From positions 1 through 61,059 of IMG/VR virus record IMGVR_UViG_3300023247_000001: a DNA stretch of 61,059 bases. The stretch is one strand, 5' to 3'. Both the position numbers and the translations under genes were made by a program. Below the pieces are notes generated by a model. The model had not been told where the DNA came from. It made no database searches and worked only from the letters and a program-made list of their open reading frames with translations. The stretch is from a virus. Position 1 is the first letter of the stretch, and each line of letters begins with the position of its first letter. This document shows positions 1-9,088 of the stretch, piece by piece.

Positions 1-127
1 TCAATCGGGAGAAATACGCTGAAATCGTCCATCTGGCTCCTGTAAACGCAAAAAGGCCCGGACGATTGAGCTTTGATAAGCCGTCACGTCCGAGCCAGAT
101 TGTTTCTGTACCCGTCGATTGAGATAT
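1..127. repeat. Terminal direct repeat copy 1 (circular assembly overlap)
   Basis: nt 1-127 read identical to nt 60933-61059; implies a circular or permuted unit of about 60,932 bp. Confidence 0.95.
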
Positions 128-132
128 TACCA
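33..132 (-). promoter_or_regulatory. Late leader cassette A, upstream of the protease/capsid operon
   Basis: Minus strand: TGGTAATAT (124-132), GACGGGTACAG (106-116), 10-bp stem GGCTCGGACG/CGTCCGGGCC (55-64 with 87-98), TTTTT (50-54), GGAG, then ATG. Homologous to cassettes B and C. Confidence 0.6.
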
Positions 133-235
133 CAGCAGGACAGATAAGCTCTTCAGGACAAAAAGAGCCCGACATCTTCGCAGGATGCCGGGCAGGAGGA
201 CTATGTGTTCCAAGGAGGTCGCCGGTACCACCGGT

Positions 236-637
236 CTAACGAGATTCTACAGCCTTCGCGAACGGATCCCTGCCAAAGACACACAACTCGTCAGTGCCAG
301 GTATGAAGATGCGACACAGTTTCGGGCGCGTCTCGTAGATTCCGCAACGACCCTCTGGTGTCAAGTTCGGGCAGTCATAGCGAACTGTGACGTAATCGCG
401 CCCACTCGCATCATCGTGGAAAGTTTCTGCGATAGCGACTGCCTTGAAATCGAGTCTGCGGTCATCAACCCATTTCTGCGCGTCCTGCTTCCAGTTATCA
501 ATCCAGAAAGATTCATGGACACGCGCCCCATCTGCGTTGGGATAGTTCAGCATCAACCCCTTACAGCACGCGCCAGGACTCGGACATATGGAGCAAAGTT
601 GCATTGCAGGATGAAGGATCGGAAGAAGATCACTCAT
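236..637 (-). CDS. Cys-cluster protein, YkgJ/UPF0153-like (CxxCxxCC zinc/iron-chelating domain)
   Basis: 133 aa; CSICPSPGACC near the N-terminus and GRCGIYETRPKLCR later; ATGA overlap with the upstream gene. Confidence 0.55.
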   Translation of the reverse strand: MSDLLPILHPAMQLCSICPSPGACCKGLMLNYPNADGARVHESFWIDNWKQDAQKWVDDRRLDFKAVAIAETFHDDASGRDYVTVRYDCPNLTPEGRCGIYETRPKLCRIFIPGTDELCVFGRDPFAKAVESR

Positions 638-1233
638 TGCTTGCGAGTCCTGTCGGCCTTGAGTTTCTCGACAATCTCCGCGGCAACTTGCCGATAAGCT
701 TCTGGCGTGTCTGGCCCTTTAGCAATGAGCATGTCAGCAATCTTCTCGGCATCTGTCTTCGGCTTGGCTTCGATGCGGCCGCGGCGTGCGGCAAGCATTG
801 CGTCCACTTTGAAAGATCGTTCCTCCTCAGTCTGGCAGCCTGGGCCAAACTTTACTGCCTCATTAAACGTGACAGGCCCAAGCAGTGCATCCACGATCAC
901 GCGGGCCGCTGCTTTCATACCTGAGCGAGAGTATGAACTTCCAGAATCAGAATTATACGCATCGCACATCTTTTCGATCAGGTAGCCGTCGAGCGGCGCT
1001 GGTTGTTCCTTGCGGATGTTGCGATTGGCGAGCACAGCGTTGATTACCGCGATTGCTTCAGCCGATATGCCGCCGTACAAAGATGTATTCAGCTTATTGC
1101 ATTCGCGGTCGCTTAGCGGTGCTCCTGGTTCCGTGGGGGGCATTCCGAGGATACTCAAAATCTCTGTAACCTCCATCGGAAGCACTCCATGCTTTCTCAG
1201 TTTCTTCACTTGTTCATTGGTTATTTGTAGCAT
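634..1233 (-). CDS. Hypothetical protein
   Basis: 199-aa ORF in the leftward gene string; coupled to the downstream gene by ATGA. Confidence 0.6.
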   Translation of the reverse strand: MLQITNEQVKKLRKHGVLPMEVTEILSILGMPPTEPGAPLSDRECNKLNTSLYGGISAEAIAVINAVLANRNIRKEQPAPLDGYLIEKMCDAYNSDSGSSYSRSGMKAAARVIVDALLGPVTFNEAVKFGPGCQTEEERSFKVDAMLAARRGRIEAKPKTDAEKIADMLIAKGPDTPEAYRQVAAEIVEKLKADRTRKQ

Positions 1234-1268
1234 TTCATCTCCTTGTGTCCTGCTGGTGGCTAGAGTTT

Positions 1269-1637
1269 CTATGCGCTGATCGGCTTGATGCGCGGGTCGC
1301 TGTTGGGCTTCTCGGTGAGCGCAATCTCATAGATGCGCAGATTCGTGATAGTCCTGATCTTGTTGCCATCAGGTTTGACCGGATCACAGCCACCGCCGAT
1401 GGACGGAATGTAATCCTTGAACGGGCCATGATTCATTTCTTCAGAAAACGGAATACTGATCTTGGCTACGAGAGTCTTCCCTTTTACCGAGAGGGCAGCT
1501 TTGCCGATAGTCCGTTTGATGCCGAAGTCTTTGACGACGCGGACAGGATTCGTAAACGACACGTTCTCAATTGAGATGGAGTCGTTGTCCTGATCCACCG
1601 TTCCGTCTGCAATCAAAACTACTGCTTCATATTCCAA
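1269..1637 (-). CDS. Hypothetical protein
   Basis: Frame of ORF 1269..1685. TTG at 1637 lies 7 nt after GGAGG and 4 nt after the upstream stop; the start could instead be 1685. Confidence 0.5.
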   Translation of the reverse strand: MEYEAVVLIADGTVDQDNDSISIENVSFTNPVRVVKDFGIKRTIGKAALSVKGKTLVAKISIPFSEEMNHGPFKDYIPSIGGGCDPVKPDGNKIRTITNLRIYEIALTEKPNSDPRIKPISA

Positions 1638-1641
1638 GGTG

Positions 1642-1980
1642 CTACCTCCATAGTCCAAACTTCTTTTCTGTTTGCCAGCCTCCACCGCCCGAGAGCATCC
1701 TCATGCGCTTGCGGAAGTTGAGTTGGCGCTTGGTGAAGTAAGCGGTGGCATGTAAGCGCACGATCTCCTTGGCTGCTGCGCCGCTCCAAAGTTGCTGAAT
1801 GGTGTAATCGCTTCTCCTGACCACCGACTCCAGTTCGTTCAGGTGGTATCCCTCGCGAATGAACTGTATTGCCAATTCACGAAGAGCAGCCTCGCGTTTG
1901 CGCAGTCTCTCTTCCATGGCAAACTTGATAATCTGTTCGTGAGGCGACGGTGGGTCAAGATAGTTGATTGGGTAGGCCAC
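1642..1980 (-). CDS. Hypothetical protein
   Basis: 112-aa ORF in the operon string. Confidence 0.55.
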   Translation of the reverse strand: MAYPINYLDPPSPHEQIIKFAMEERLRKREAALRELAIQFIREGYHLNELESVVRRSDYTIQQLWSGAAAKEIVRLHATAYFTKRQLNFRKRMRMLSGGGGWQTEKKFGLWR

Positions 1981-2272
1981 TTCCCACCTCCACGGTTGCC
2001 ACTTCGCCCAGGTGCATCCCGCCGATCATGACCCTATCGGCTACCTCTTCGAGCGTCTTCTTGCGCTCCCATACGAAGTTGAACGCCGCCGGGCCAACCT
2101 GCACCATGCGGAACTCGTCGTTGGGGAACCGCGTTTCCAGCGAGTCGGCCACGTTGGACAGCACTTCAAACTCGCCGCCAGGCTTGAACACGTCGCCTTT
2201 GCCGGCTGCCAGTATGATGGTCTTGTGAGTCCTGTTTCCGGGTGCAAACATCTTGATGGTGAGCTTCTTCAC
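1955..2272 (-). CDS. Hypothetical protein
   Basis: Frame of ORF 1955..2311; GTG at 2272 preceded by AAGGAG with a 5-nt spacer. Confidence 0.55.
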   Translation of the reverse strand: MKKLTIKMFAPGNRTHKTIILAAGKGDVFKPGGEFEVLSNVADSLETRFPNDEFRMVQVGPAAFNFVWERKKTLEEVADRVMIGGMHLGEVATVEVGSGLPNQLS

Positions 2273-2389
2273 TTCGACTCCTTGTAAATCTTCCACTGTT
2301 CGGCAAGCCACTCAGGACTTACCGGAGGCGGTGTGTTAGTTGGCTGCATGTTAACCTTTCTGCGATTCAAGTCCTGATCGCGGCGATGC

Positions 2390-2776
2390 CTAGACCAGCG
2401 CCTCGCGGGCCACGGTCGCTCGGCTGTTTGCGTAACCGCGGACTTGATCCATGTGCTTCATCCACTCGTCGTGTCCGGCCTGTTCATGGATCGTCTCAAG
2501 CGACATTGCGGCCTCCGTGAGCGCATTTCTAAGCCGCTTCACTTCTTGCCCAAGTTGACCGCTAGATTCTGCTGCGTATTCCATCTGATCCTTGAGCAGC
2601 TTGGTGCGCTCACCAAGGGTCTGGTATGGGCCGGTTGCCGCAGGAAGGATTTCTTCCACTTCATCCAATTCGTAAATCACGCCGTCATGTAACTCATGCC
2701 CCTCACTGCAAGACATGTTTGGGAACTGTCCAGGTGCTACCAATCTGCTGAGTAATTCTTGCGTCCGTGCGTTCAT
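2390..2776 (-). CDS. Hypothetical protein (coiled-coil-like)
   Basis: Frame of ORF 2390..2797; ATG at 2776 preceded by AAAGGAAG. Confidence 0.55.
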   Translation of the reverse strand: MNARTQELLSRLVAPGQFPNMSCSEGHELHDGVIYELDEVEEILPAATGPYQTLGERTKLLKDQMEYAAESSGQLGQEVKRLRNALTEAAMSLETIHEQAGHDEWMKHMDQVRGYANSRATVAREALV

Positions 2777-2935
2777 TTGCTTCCTTTCTTCAGGCACCGC
2801 CGCGCCAGCGACGAAGTTACTTGGCTTTCTTCTGTTTGTTGAGCGCCTGGCTTATGCGTCCCATCCACTTCAGGACTCGCAAGACGTGACGAGGACCGCG
2901 TGCAAAGCGCATACGGCCCGGTAGACGTGGGATGT

Positions 2936-3247
2936 TCACTTGGACCGCCATTCAAATGTGATGGGGTCGGTCGATAGGCTCCTCCAGCGCGTCAGGTATC
3001 CAGTCTTGAGGCTCAGAAGAACTGTTCCTTGGACAGGAGCACCGGCCTCTTTCAGTTTGAGCAGCACTAACTGTTCAGGGTCCTGTCGTTGCCGCATAGC
3101 CTTCAGTATCTCAGCAGGATGCAGAGTCACGGTGATAACGGTCGTGTCGCCTTCAGGACTCCCGTCGTCAACCACGCACGATTCGGGAATCTCCATTGCG
3201 GACTGGTGCCCACCTTGCTCTGTTGTGACGAGAATTATTTTGCTCAT
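2936..3247 (-). CDS. Hypothetical protein
   Basis: Frame of ORF 2936..3259; ATG at 3247 forms an ATGA overlap with the upstream stop; GGAGGG RBS. Confidence 0.6.
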   Translation of the reverse strand: MSKIILVTTEQGGHQSAMEIPESCVVDDGSPEGDTTVITVTLHPAEILKAMRQRQDPEQLVLLKLKEAGAPVQGTVLLSLKTGYLTRWRSLSTDPITFEWRSK

Positions 3248-3873
3248 CCCTCCACCCACTTTCCCAGTCCCTTCGCTACAGCGATGGTCGCCAGGGTCAT
3301 ACTGCGCACCGTGGCGATGGTGCCGATGCTCACCACTCGCCCTTGGCTTTCCAGTTCGCGCATGATCTGCGCCTGGTTCCAGTCGGTGTGGAGCATCACC
3401 AGCGCGCGGACGGCATCGGTTGCGGTGTGTTTGGAATTGACCATCTCGTCTACCATCTTCACGTATTGCGGAGGCACGTCAACAATCGGCCCCTCGTGAA
3501 ACATCGGCGTCTTCAGGTCTTCATCAAGAGCTGTCGTGACAGAGTCCATGATCTGCTGCGGTGTTGGCTTCTCGGGCCAGCCAGCATCCACCACGGCATC
3601 GACGATCTTCGGTATGCTGGACGCTTCATCAACGACGATCATTTGCGGGTTGAACCCTGGGCAATGCTCCGGGTCCTGATGCGCCTTGACGCGCTTGGCC
3701 TGTGCGTTGTACCAATCCTGAGCTTCCTTGCTCAGGCGTTCCCAATCGTTATCTGACGCTTTGGACACGGCCAGCACAAGTCGCCGCAGGTAATGTCCGT
3801 CCGGTTCGCCCTCAGCTTGGGGTAAAAACTCTGCGCCGGCCGCTGCCAGCAGTTCACTGTAGATGGTGGTCAT
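3244..3873 (-). CDS. Hypothetical protein
   Basis: 209-aa ORF, protein-like composition. Confidence 0.6.
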   Translation of the reverse strand: MTTIYSELLAAAGAEFLPQAEGEPDGHYLRRLVLAVSKASDNDWERLSKEAQDWYNAQAKRVKAHQDPEHCPGFNPQMIVVDEASSIPKIVDAVVDAGWPEKPTPQQIMDSVTTALDEDLKTPMFHEGPIVDVPPQYVKMVDEMVNSKHTATDAVRALVMLHTDWNQAQIMRELESQGRVVSIGTIATVRSMTLATIAVAKGLGKWVEG

Positions 3874-4052
3874 TTTCCCTCCACGGGATGAATGCGATAG
3901 GTCTCGGCAGGATAGTGCTGATGGGCACGTGTCAACGCTTCTTCTGCTAACCGCTTTGATACGGGTTTCGGTTTCGAGCTGGTAGGGTCAGTCCATTTTG
4001 TGGATCGATAGCGCTTGCCATCTTCACTCTTGATTTGGACGATATATTTCAA
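3870..4052 (-). CDS. Hypothetical small basic protein
   Basis: Frame of ORF 3870..4103; TTG at 4052 overlaps the upstream TGA (TTGA); AGGAG 8 nt upstream. Confidence 0.4.
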   Translation of the reverse strand: MKYIVQIKSEDGKRYRSTKWTDPTSSKPKPVSKRLAEEALTRAHQHYPAETYRIHPVEGK

Positions 4053-4219
4053 GATTGCATCTCCTGTTTCTTCCTGCCGATCAGGCTTACGAGCAGGTTG
4101 CATTGGGTTGGGGTGAATGTTTGGTGGCCCGGCCAGTTGGCCTCGATCAAGTTCAGGACCTCGATCATCGGTACATGGGTCTTCTCGTAGACCTCGTCAA
4201 TCATCTCGGGGAGCGTCAT
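4049..4219 (-). CDS. Hypothetical small protein
   Basis: Frame of ORF 4049..4255; ATG at 4219 in an ATGA overlap with the upstream gene. Confidence 0.5.
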   Translation of the reverse strand: MTLPEMIDEVYEKTHVPMIEVLNLIEANWPGHQTFTPTQCNLLVSLIGRKKQEMQS

Positions 4220-4455
4220 TCCGGCGACCTTTCCAGAGTCAACCAATCCCCCCATGATCCGTCAAAGTTCCTCCATCGCCCTACAACTTGTTCACCTTCC
4301 GCATTAAACGCAGGAATAAATGAGCTTTGTTCGATACTTATTCCGCACAAACATGCAAGTTCTAAGAGCGGAGGAGGAATCTTTACGGTGATGCGAGGAT
4401 CTCTGAGAATGGCTTGATACATTTCGGGAGTGACCACCAAATTGCATGGAATCAT
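4216..4455 (-). CDS. Hypothetical small protein
   Basis: Internal ATG of ORF 4216..4569 at 4455, in an ATGA overlap with the stop of 4452..4667. Confidence 0.5.
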   Translation of the reverse strand: MIPCNLVVTPEMYQAILRDPRITVKIPPPLLELACLCGISIEQSSFIPAFNAEGEQVVGRWRNFDGSWGDWLTLERSPE

Positions 4456-4667
4456 GCGCGCCTCGGTTCTTTCGGCGGGTGAGTCCCGTACTTGGCGATG
4501 AACTCGTCTGAAAGGCGGAAGGGGCAGGAGTCGCCATGCTTGTAGAGGGGGTTGATGCAGAGTTTGCAATAGCCCTCCTCTAACGTATCCTCACGGTCAT
4601 CGTCGGTCATCTCGTGCAGAATGCCCACAATTGCTTCAGCATCTGCTTGTCTGTTGGTTGCGTACAC
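4452..4667 (-). CDS. Hypothetical small Cys-containing protein
   Basis: 71 aa; GTG start preceded by AAGGAG with a 5-nt spacer. Confidence 0.55.
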   Translation of the reverse strand: MYATNRQADAEAIVGILHEMTDDDREDTLEEGYCKLCINPLYKHGDSCPFRLSDEFIAKYGTHPPKEPRRA

Positions 4668-4669
4668 GT

Positions 4670-4921
4670 CTACTCCTTTGCTGCCATATGAGCAGCTTCA
4701 TGGTCACTTGCGTATCCGCTCCATAGGAGTTCGCTGTCAATTCCGCGGACTTCCACGTGGATGAGTTCCTTAGGAATCATGGTGGCCTTCAGTGTCCTGT
4801 TGAGGACGGTAATCAGAGGCAGGATGCCCAACCGGCTTGCACAGGCCGGGCACTGCTCTGGAGAGTCGCCGATCGCATCGCAATCAGCGCAGAGGTAGGC
4901 ATTGCGGAGGTTAACGTGCAT
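4670..4921 (-). CDS. Hypothetical zinc-ribbon-like protein
   Basis: 83 aa with CADC...CPAC cysteine pairs. Confidence 0.55.
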   Translation of the reverse strand: MHVNLRNAYLCADCDAIGDSPEQCPACASRLGILPLITVLNRTLKATMIPKELIHVEVRGIDSELLWSGYASDHEAAHMAAKE

Positions 4922-5180
4922 GGGCCACCATCCAGTGGGCCAGGAACATGATGGGGTGATGCAGCTCCCACAGACCCCAGATTACGAGTCCTGTAAAGAC
5001 CTCCAAGATGATAGCGTTGCGGACACCCTCAAGGGCATACCCTTCACCAACGAGTTCGCTGACGTCGGGACCCTCTCCGAGGATGTTGGCGTGTGGATAT
5101 TCGGGCGCGTGATAGGCACCAGTAGCGTCAAAACCGTAATCGGTCATGATTTGATTCGTGATCCGTTCTGTATCGGTCAT
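4911..5180 (-). CDS. Hypothetical protein with hydrophobic C-terminus; first gene of the leftward early string
   Basis: Internal ATG of ORF 4911..5357 at 5180, preceded by AAAGGGG; lies downstream of the leftward promoter. Confidence 0.5.
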   Translation of the reverse strand: MTDTERITNQIMTDYGFDATGAYHAPEYPHANILGEGPDVSELVGEGYALEGVRNAIILEVFTGLVIWGLWELHHPIMFLAHWMVAHAR

Positions 5181-5208
5181 CTCAAGACCCCTTTCTGTGA
5201 ACAGGATT

Positions 5209-5237
5209 ATTAAACCACCACTCGCACGGTTTATCAA
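5209..5237 (-). promoter_or_regulatory. Sigma70-like leftward promoter
   Basis: Minus strand TTGATA (5232-5237), 17-nt spacer, TTTAAT (5209-5214); the -35 overlaps operator copy 5227-5238. Confidence 0.5.
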
Positions 5238-5333
5238 CGTAAATCTTTCGCGCTTATTAAACTTTTCTGTTGACATGCGCACTAGGGGTGCTATTCTCGG
5301 TTTATCAACTAAACGGTTGTCGTTAATCAACCG
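5227..5333. promoter_or_regulatory. Operator-like repeats in the divergent switch region
   Basis: CGGTTTATCAAC at 5227-5238 and 5298-5309; inverted repeat CGGTTG/CAACCG at 5314-5319 and 5328-5333. Confidence 0.55.
5270..5297 (+). promoter_or_regulatory. Sigma70-like rightward promoter
   Basis: TTGACA (5270-5275), 16-nt spacer, TATTCT (5292-5297); the operator copy starts 1 nt downstream. Confidence 0.5.
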
Positions 5334-5349
5334 CAAAGGAGCAGCAAAA

Positions 5350-5697
5350 ATGGACACGGCAACGAAGAAGATCGTGAATCACGCTATTAATCATCTCTCT
5401 GATCGCCAGTTTCTCGTCCGCACTGCTGATGACTGGAATGATCTTGAGTCGGCGAAACATATCCTTCGCGAGTTGCGCGATCACGGCGAAGTGTATCTCC
5501 ACTCGAATCTTGACTATGATGCGACCTACCGAATGGTGTGCTTGGATAACCCCTCACTTGGGCTCGATCAATCGCTAGCCACCACTGCCCGTATTATTGC
5601 TCACCCTGCGGTACCGGGCGCATGTGTGCACCAGATGCCGGATGGCATGTCTTCGGTGCTGTATGGTCGCTGCATCCGGTGTGGATCTAGCCTTTAA
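5350..5697 (+). CDS. Hypothetical protein (rightward cassette)
   Basis: ATG at 5350 preceded by AAAGGAG; 115 aa; C-terminal CIRC. Confidence 0.55.
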   Translation: MDTATKKIVNHAINHLSDRQFLVRTADDWNDLESAKHILRELRDHGEVYLHSNLDYDATYRMVCLDNPSLGLDQSLATTARIIAHPAVPGACVHQMPDGMSSVLYGRCIRCGSSL

Positions 5698-5755
5698 CAT
5701 CCGCCGCGCGGTCCTTGCCGTAAGCGATTTGAAACATAGTACTTGAGGAAATTAA

Positions 5756-5983
5756 ATGGAAAAGTTGGTTTTTGAGACGCCGAACTATCGCGGCTACAAC
5801 GTGAAGGCTTACTACCTCAACGATGGGTCAAACAATGCCCGCGTGGAACTGTGGAACGGCGATACGCTGGTGCAGACTGGCCAGTGCCCTGCGTACAAGG
5901 TTTTCAACTACCAGGCCCATGCGAACGACATGATTGATGATCTTGTGGGCGATATGGAAAACCTCGTCACCGATATTCAGTAA
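5756..5983 (+). CDS. Hypothetical protein
   Basis: 75-aa ORF preceded by GAGGAAATTAA; followed by hairpin GCCGGGC/GCCCGGC (6010-6029). Confidence 0.55.
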   Translation: MEKLVFETPNYRGYNVKAYYLNDGSNNARVELWNGDTLVQTGQCPAYKVFNYQAHANDMIDDLVGDMENLVTDIQ

Positions 5984-6044
5984 GGCACTCACCCTGTAGT
6001 ACAGCGCAGGCCGGGCGCGCAGGCCCGGCAGAATCGAGACGAAA

Positions 6045-6128
6045 ATGGACATCTACGGAAAATGGGATTGGCGCATTCTGGCAGTGCTCATCATCGGCGG
6101 CCTGATTGCAGGGTGGATGATCGGCTGA
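6045..6128 (+). CDS. Possible 27-aa membrane peptide
   Basis: MDIYGKWDWRILAVLIIGGLIAGWMIG; read manually because it is below the ORF-track cutoff; weak RBS. Confidence 0.3.
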   Translation: MDIYGKWDWRILAVLIIGGLIAGWMIG

Positions 6129-6186
6129 TTGCTAGACTTGGGGCCTGCACAATTTACTAACCGTAGTACAGGAAGGAGGGTAGCCT

Positions 6187-6474
6187 ATGGACTTCAGGAC
6201 TCGAATAAGCTTGGATGGTATGGGTTCTGAAGCTACTACTCAAACGCAGCCGCAACCGAGCCGGGCGGTATATCCCGGCACAAGAAAGGAAACCATGGAA
6301 CTAGACTTGAAACCAATCAACACGCGGCAAGCCATCGAAGATGCGCACGCTGACCTGTTCATAGCGCTCCGCTATGGCCTCACCATTGGTCAGCCGACTG
6401 ATGCGCTTGACCGTGAACACGTAGAAAAGGCTTGCGCAATATTGGACCTCATCCGCAAAGCAAACCCTCTATAG
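6187..6474 (+). CDS. Hypothetical protein
   Basis: 95 aa; GGAGGG 6 nt upstream of the ATG. Confidence 0.55.
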   Translation: MDFRTRISLDGMGSEATTQTQPQPSRAVYPGTRKETMELDLKPINTRQAIEDAHADLFIALRYGLTIGQPTDALDREHVEKACAILDLIRKANPL

Positions 6475-6663
6475 CTTCCCGCTCTGAAGAGTCTCCCAAC
6501 GAATCGGCCGGCCATCCTCGAAGATCAGGATGAACCGGCCATAGAACTTTTCGGGAAGAATAGGCCTCAAAGCCATCGCAGCTCGCAGGATTGATTCAGC
6601 CGTCACCGGCATAGACTTCAGGGCTGACTCCTCGTCAATTCTTATGCGTCCTGTTGCCGCCAT
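6469..6663 (-). CDS. Hypothetical small protein
   Basis: 64-aa ORF directly downstream of the head morphogenesis gene. Confidence 0.45.
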   Translation of the reverse strand: MAATGRIRIDEESALKSMPVTAESILRAAMALRPILPEKFYGRFILIFEDGRPIRWETLQSGKL

Positions 6664-7281
6664 CTATTCCTCTCCCTCTGATTCGCTCTCGTCCTTCGCT
6701 TCAGAATAGCCGATACCGTCCCTACACGCAGGATGAAATGGAGGGCAGTCATCTCCAGACGGGAAATCCTCGTCGATAGGGATGAGACCCGCATCTGCAT
6801 TTTCTTGGCACTCTTCACAGCACCCCTCACCTGGGAAGCTCTGCTTGAACTTCTGCCCTGTTCCCTTGGCAGCCTCATGCTTGCCATGGTTGTAGGCGTA
6901 CATGCTTTCGGTCCTGCTGATGGTCAGGGCGCGCGCCGCGCTGAAGTCCTCGCTCTGCAAGATGTTGTGCTGCAACTCGGTCGTCGTCCATCCTTCATCG
7001 ACCGACTTGCTTATCAACTCTCGTAGGTTCTCGCGTGTCGTCTCTGTGATGGCGTAGCGGGCATCAGGATTATCAACGATCTCGCCCTTGTCTGTGATGC
7101 GCTTGCCCACCAGCTCCGCGCCGCGCTCCCGCGCCATCTGACGCGCCTGGTCCAAGACTTTGGTCCATATGTCGCTGTCTTCGACAATGCCGCGGTCGGT
7201 CAAGAACTCTGTGGCGCCAGCAACTGCATCAGTCTCAAGGTAGGGCGTCACCTCCGGGATCAGGTCGCCCCAGTCCACCAC
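6664..7281 (-). CDS. Head morphogenesis protein (Mu F / SPP1 gp7 family)
   Basis: ALTISRTESMYAYNHG and PPFHPACR motifs; lies just downstream of the portal gene; GTG start, N-terminus uncertain. Confidence 0.75.
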   Translation of the reverse strand: MVDWGDLIPEVTPYLETDAVAGATEFLTDRGIVEDSDIWTKVLDQARQMARERGAELVGKRITDKGEIVDNPDARYAITETTRENLRELISKSVDEGWTTTELQHNILQSEDFSAARALTISRTESMYAYNHGKHEAAKGTGQKFKQSFPGEGCCEECQENADAGLIPIDEDFPSGDDCPPFHPACRDGIGYSEAKDESESEGEE

Positions 7282-7388
7282 GACGTCTATCGTGTCCTGA
7301 TCTTCTGGCTTCTTCTTCGCAGCCTTCGCCAGTTTCTCGACGGTGAGTCCTGCTGCCGCCTCTTTTCCTTTGCGCTTGAGGTAGGCCG

Positions 7389-9062
7389 CTAGTACCTGCT
7401 CCAGTGACTTCCCCGCTTTGCTAAAGGGCGGTCGGATTCCGTCCCGGCCTCCTTCTTCACTGACGCACTCTTACCGCTCTGTTGCGCACCGGGCTTACCC
7501 GATCCTGAATCTCCGCCAGCGCCGCCCATGGCCGGCTGTGGCATCGCCGTCTGCGCCGCCAGGACCGACAAGGGCATCCATCCGGTGCCCGTCTTGACCA
7601 TCGGCACGTCGCCGCCTTCTACCGCGTCCAAGCCGTCCCGGTCCCGTAGTTCGTTGATTGTTCTGGCACCGAGAGATGTATTGGCGATGTCGATAGTGGC
7701 CTGGTCAGTCGCCGCCACTTCCTCGTTCTGGTCGAACACGTGGCCGATGTCGTCCCATCCCCAGCCGAGAAAGATCAGGCGCTCCATCAGGCTAGACCAC
7801 CAGAGCATCTCGCCATTGAGTCCCTGGGCGCGCATTTGCTCTTGAAGCTGCTCGGAGTTCGCCCGCGGCTCAGGCTCCTTGATGTAGGGCTTCGGGTCGG
7901 TCCTGAATGCGCGGCAAACGATGCGGGCCATCCACTCGTCGTATTCTGACTTGAGCAGGTCGCCGGCCGATCCTTTCATCTCGAATGGCTTTCCACCGCC
8001 AGGGATGAACCGCATCTTGGACTTGAGCTTGAGATTCCCGCTCATCAGTGCGTCGAACGTTCCTTGCCATAGCGCAATCTGCTCAGCAGTCCAGTTCTCC
8101 GGGCAGCAAACCATCACGTCAGGGCATGTGCCTTCGTTCCAGAAGTTGAGCATGTACATCGTCTTGCGGACCTGTTGGGTCGCCTCCATCAGGATCTGCT
8201 CAACCTCAGAGTATCCGTAGATCGGGAACTGAGCCCACCGATGCCGCGGCATGTAGACAATCTCGCGCTCAGTGAAGTTGTCCATCGGGAGGCCCTTTAC
8301 GATCTGGACATAGGCCAGGGAGGGCCAGTCAGGGATGCGACCGCGGTCGTCCACTTTTGGAACGATGGTATTCCCGTCAATACATTCCAGCGCGTAGGGC
8401 TTTGTGCCGGCTCGATTCTTCCAGATGTAGACGGTGGCCGCATCGATGGTGTACCGCTCGCGGAAGATCATCTCCATCCATTGCGGGTACGGAATCTTCC
8501 GGTCTGGCATCTTGAAAAAGGCGTTGAGTTCCTTGATGCGCGGGTCATCTTCAGACTTCACGCCCTTGGCCGGGTTCTTCAGGACGAACTTCCACGGCAG
8601 ACTCACCAGCTCATCGACGCGCGCGCTCAACTCATTGGCGATGATTCCCGAGCCCCGGACGATGCCCCGCAGCATCTCCCCAAGGACGATATGCCGGTTG
8701 ACGATCTCAAGGTTGTAGCCGGTGGGATAGTCCCACTCGCGGGCGTCCACAATCGATGGGGGGCCGAACGGCGCGACGGGTTGATAAGGGCTGAAGCGGT
8801 TGCGCTCTTCGTCTACGTCGGCAATGAAGTCGGAGGGAAGGCGACGGTCATCGGGGCCAGGCCGATCATTCTCAGGGTCCCGATTTGGCAGAGTAGGACG
8901 AACTCCACCGCGATTCTTTGCGCTCAGAAGCCCATACCGCGGATTCAGGAGCGTCATCGATCCGCCTGTGGAGTCCGGCATCTTCTGCAATGCCTTGTCG
9001 TTCAGCCGCTTCCCAAACACTGTATCGTCGTTGATCTCGGTCGGTTCATCCCACAAGGCCAT
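7389..9062 (-). CDS. Portal protein
   Basis: 557 aa; position between large terminase and the Mu-F-like gene; portal-like size and composition. Confidence 0.75.
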   Translation of the reverse strand: MALWDEPTEINDDTVFGKRLNDKALQKMPDSTGGSMTLLNPRYGLLSAKNRGGVRPTLPNRDPENDRPGPDDRRLPSDFIADVDEERNRFSPYQPVAPFGPPSIVDAREWDYPTGYNLEIVNRHIVLGEMLRGIVRGSGIIANELSARVDELVSLPWKFVLKNPAKGVKSEDDPRIKELNAFFKMPDRKIPYPQWMEMIFRERYTIDAATVYIWKNRAGTKPYALECIDGNTIVPKVDDRGRIPDWPSLAYVQIVKGLPMDNFTEREIVYMPRHRWAQFPIYGYSEVEQILMEATQQVRKTMYMLNFWNEGTCPDVMVCCPENWTAEQIALWQGTFDALMSGNLKLKSKMRFIPGGGKPFEMKGSAGDLLKSEYDEWMARIVCRAFRTDPKPYIKEPEPRANSEQLQEQMRAQGLNGEMLWWSSLMERLIFLGWGWDDIGHVFDQNEEVAATDQATIDIANTSLGARTINELRDRDGLDAVEGGDVPMVKTGTGWMPLSVLAAQTAMPQPAMGGAGGDSGSGKPGAQQSGKSASVKKEAGTESDRPLAKRGSHWSRY

Positions 9063-9088
9063 GGTGTGTGCTCCCGTGGTCTAGTGTA

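Noticed and set aside
33-132. Sigma-54 (TGGCAC-N5-TTGC) or ECF-type (GAAC-N16-CGT) promoters in the late leader cassettes
   Set aside because: The spacing and the -12 GC element do not fit in any of the three copies. ECF-like matches are inconsistent between copies.
119-697. 192-aa plus-strand ORF at the window start
   Set aside because: It runs antisense to the Cys-cluster gene and spans the late leader region. It has Arg-rich composition and no RBS.
2817-2912. 31-aa basic ORF (MRFARGPRHVLRVLKWMGRISQALNKQKKAK) in the 2798-2935 gap
   Set aside because: It has no RBS and is too short to support from sequence alone. It is recorded only as a possibility.
5994-6004. Palindrome CTGTAGTACAG, repeated as its complement at 11423-11433, as a second operator or SOS box
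   Set aside because: A single 11-mer recurrence is expected by chance many times in 61 kb. The second copy lies inside the terminase coding sequence, and there is no flanking similarity.
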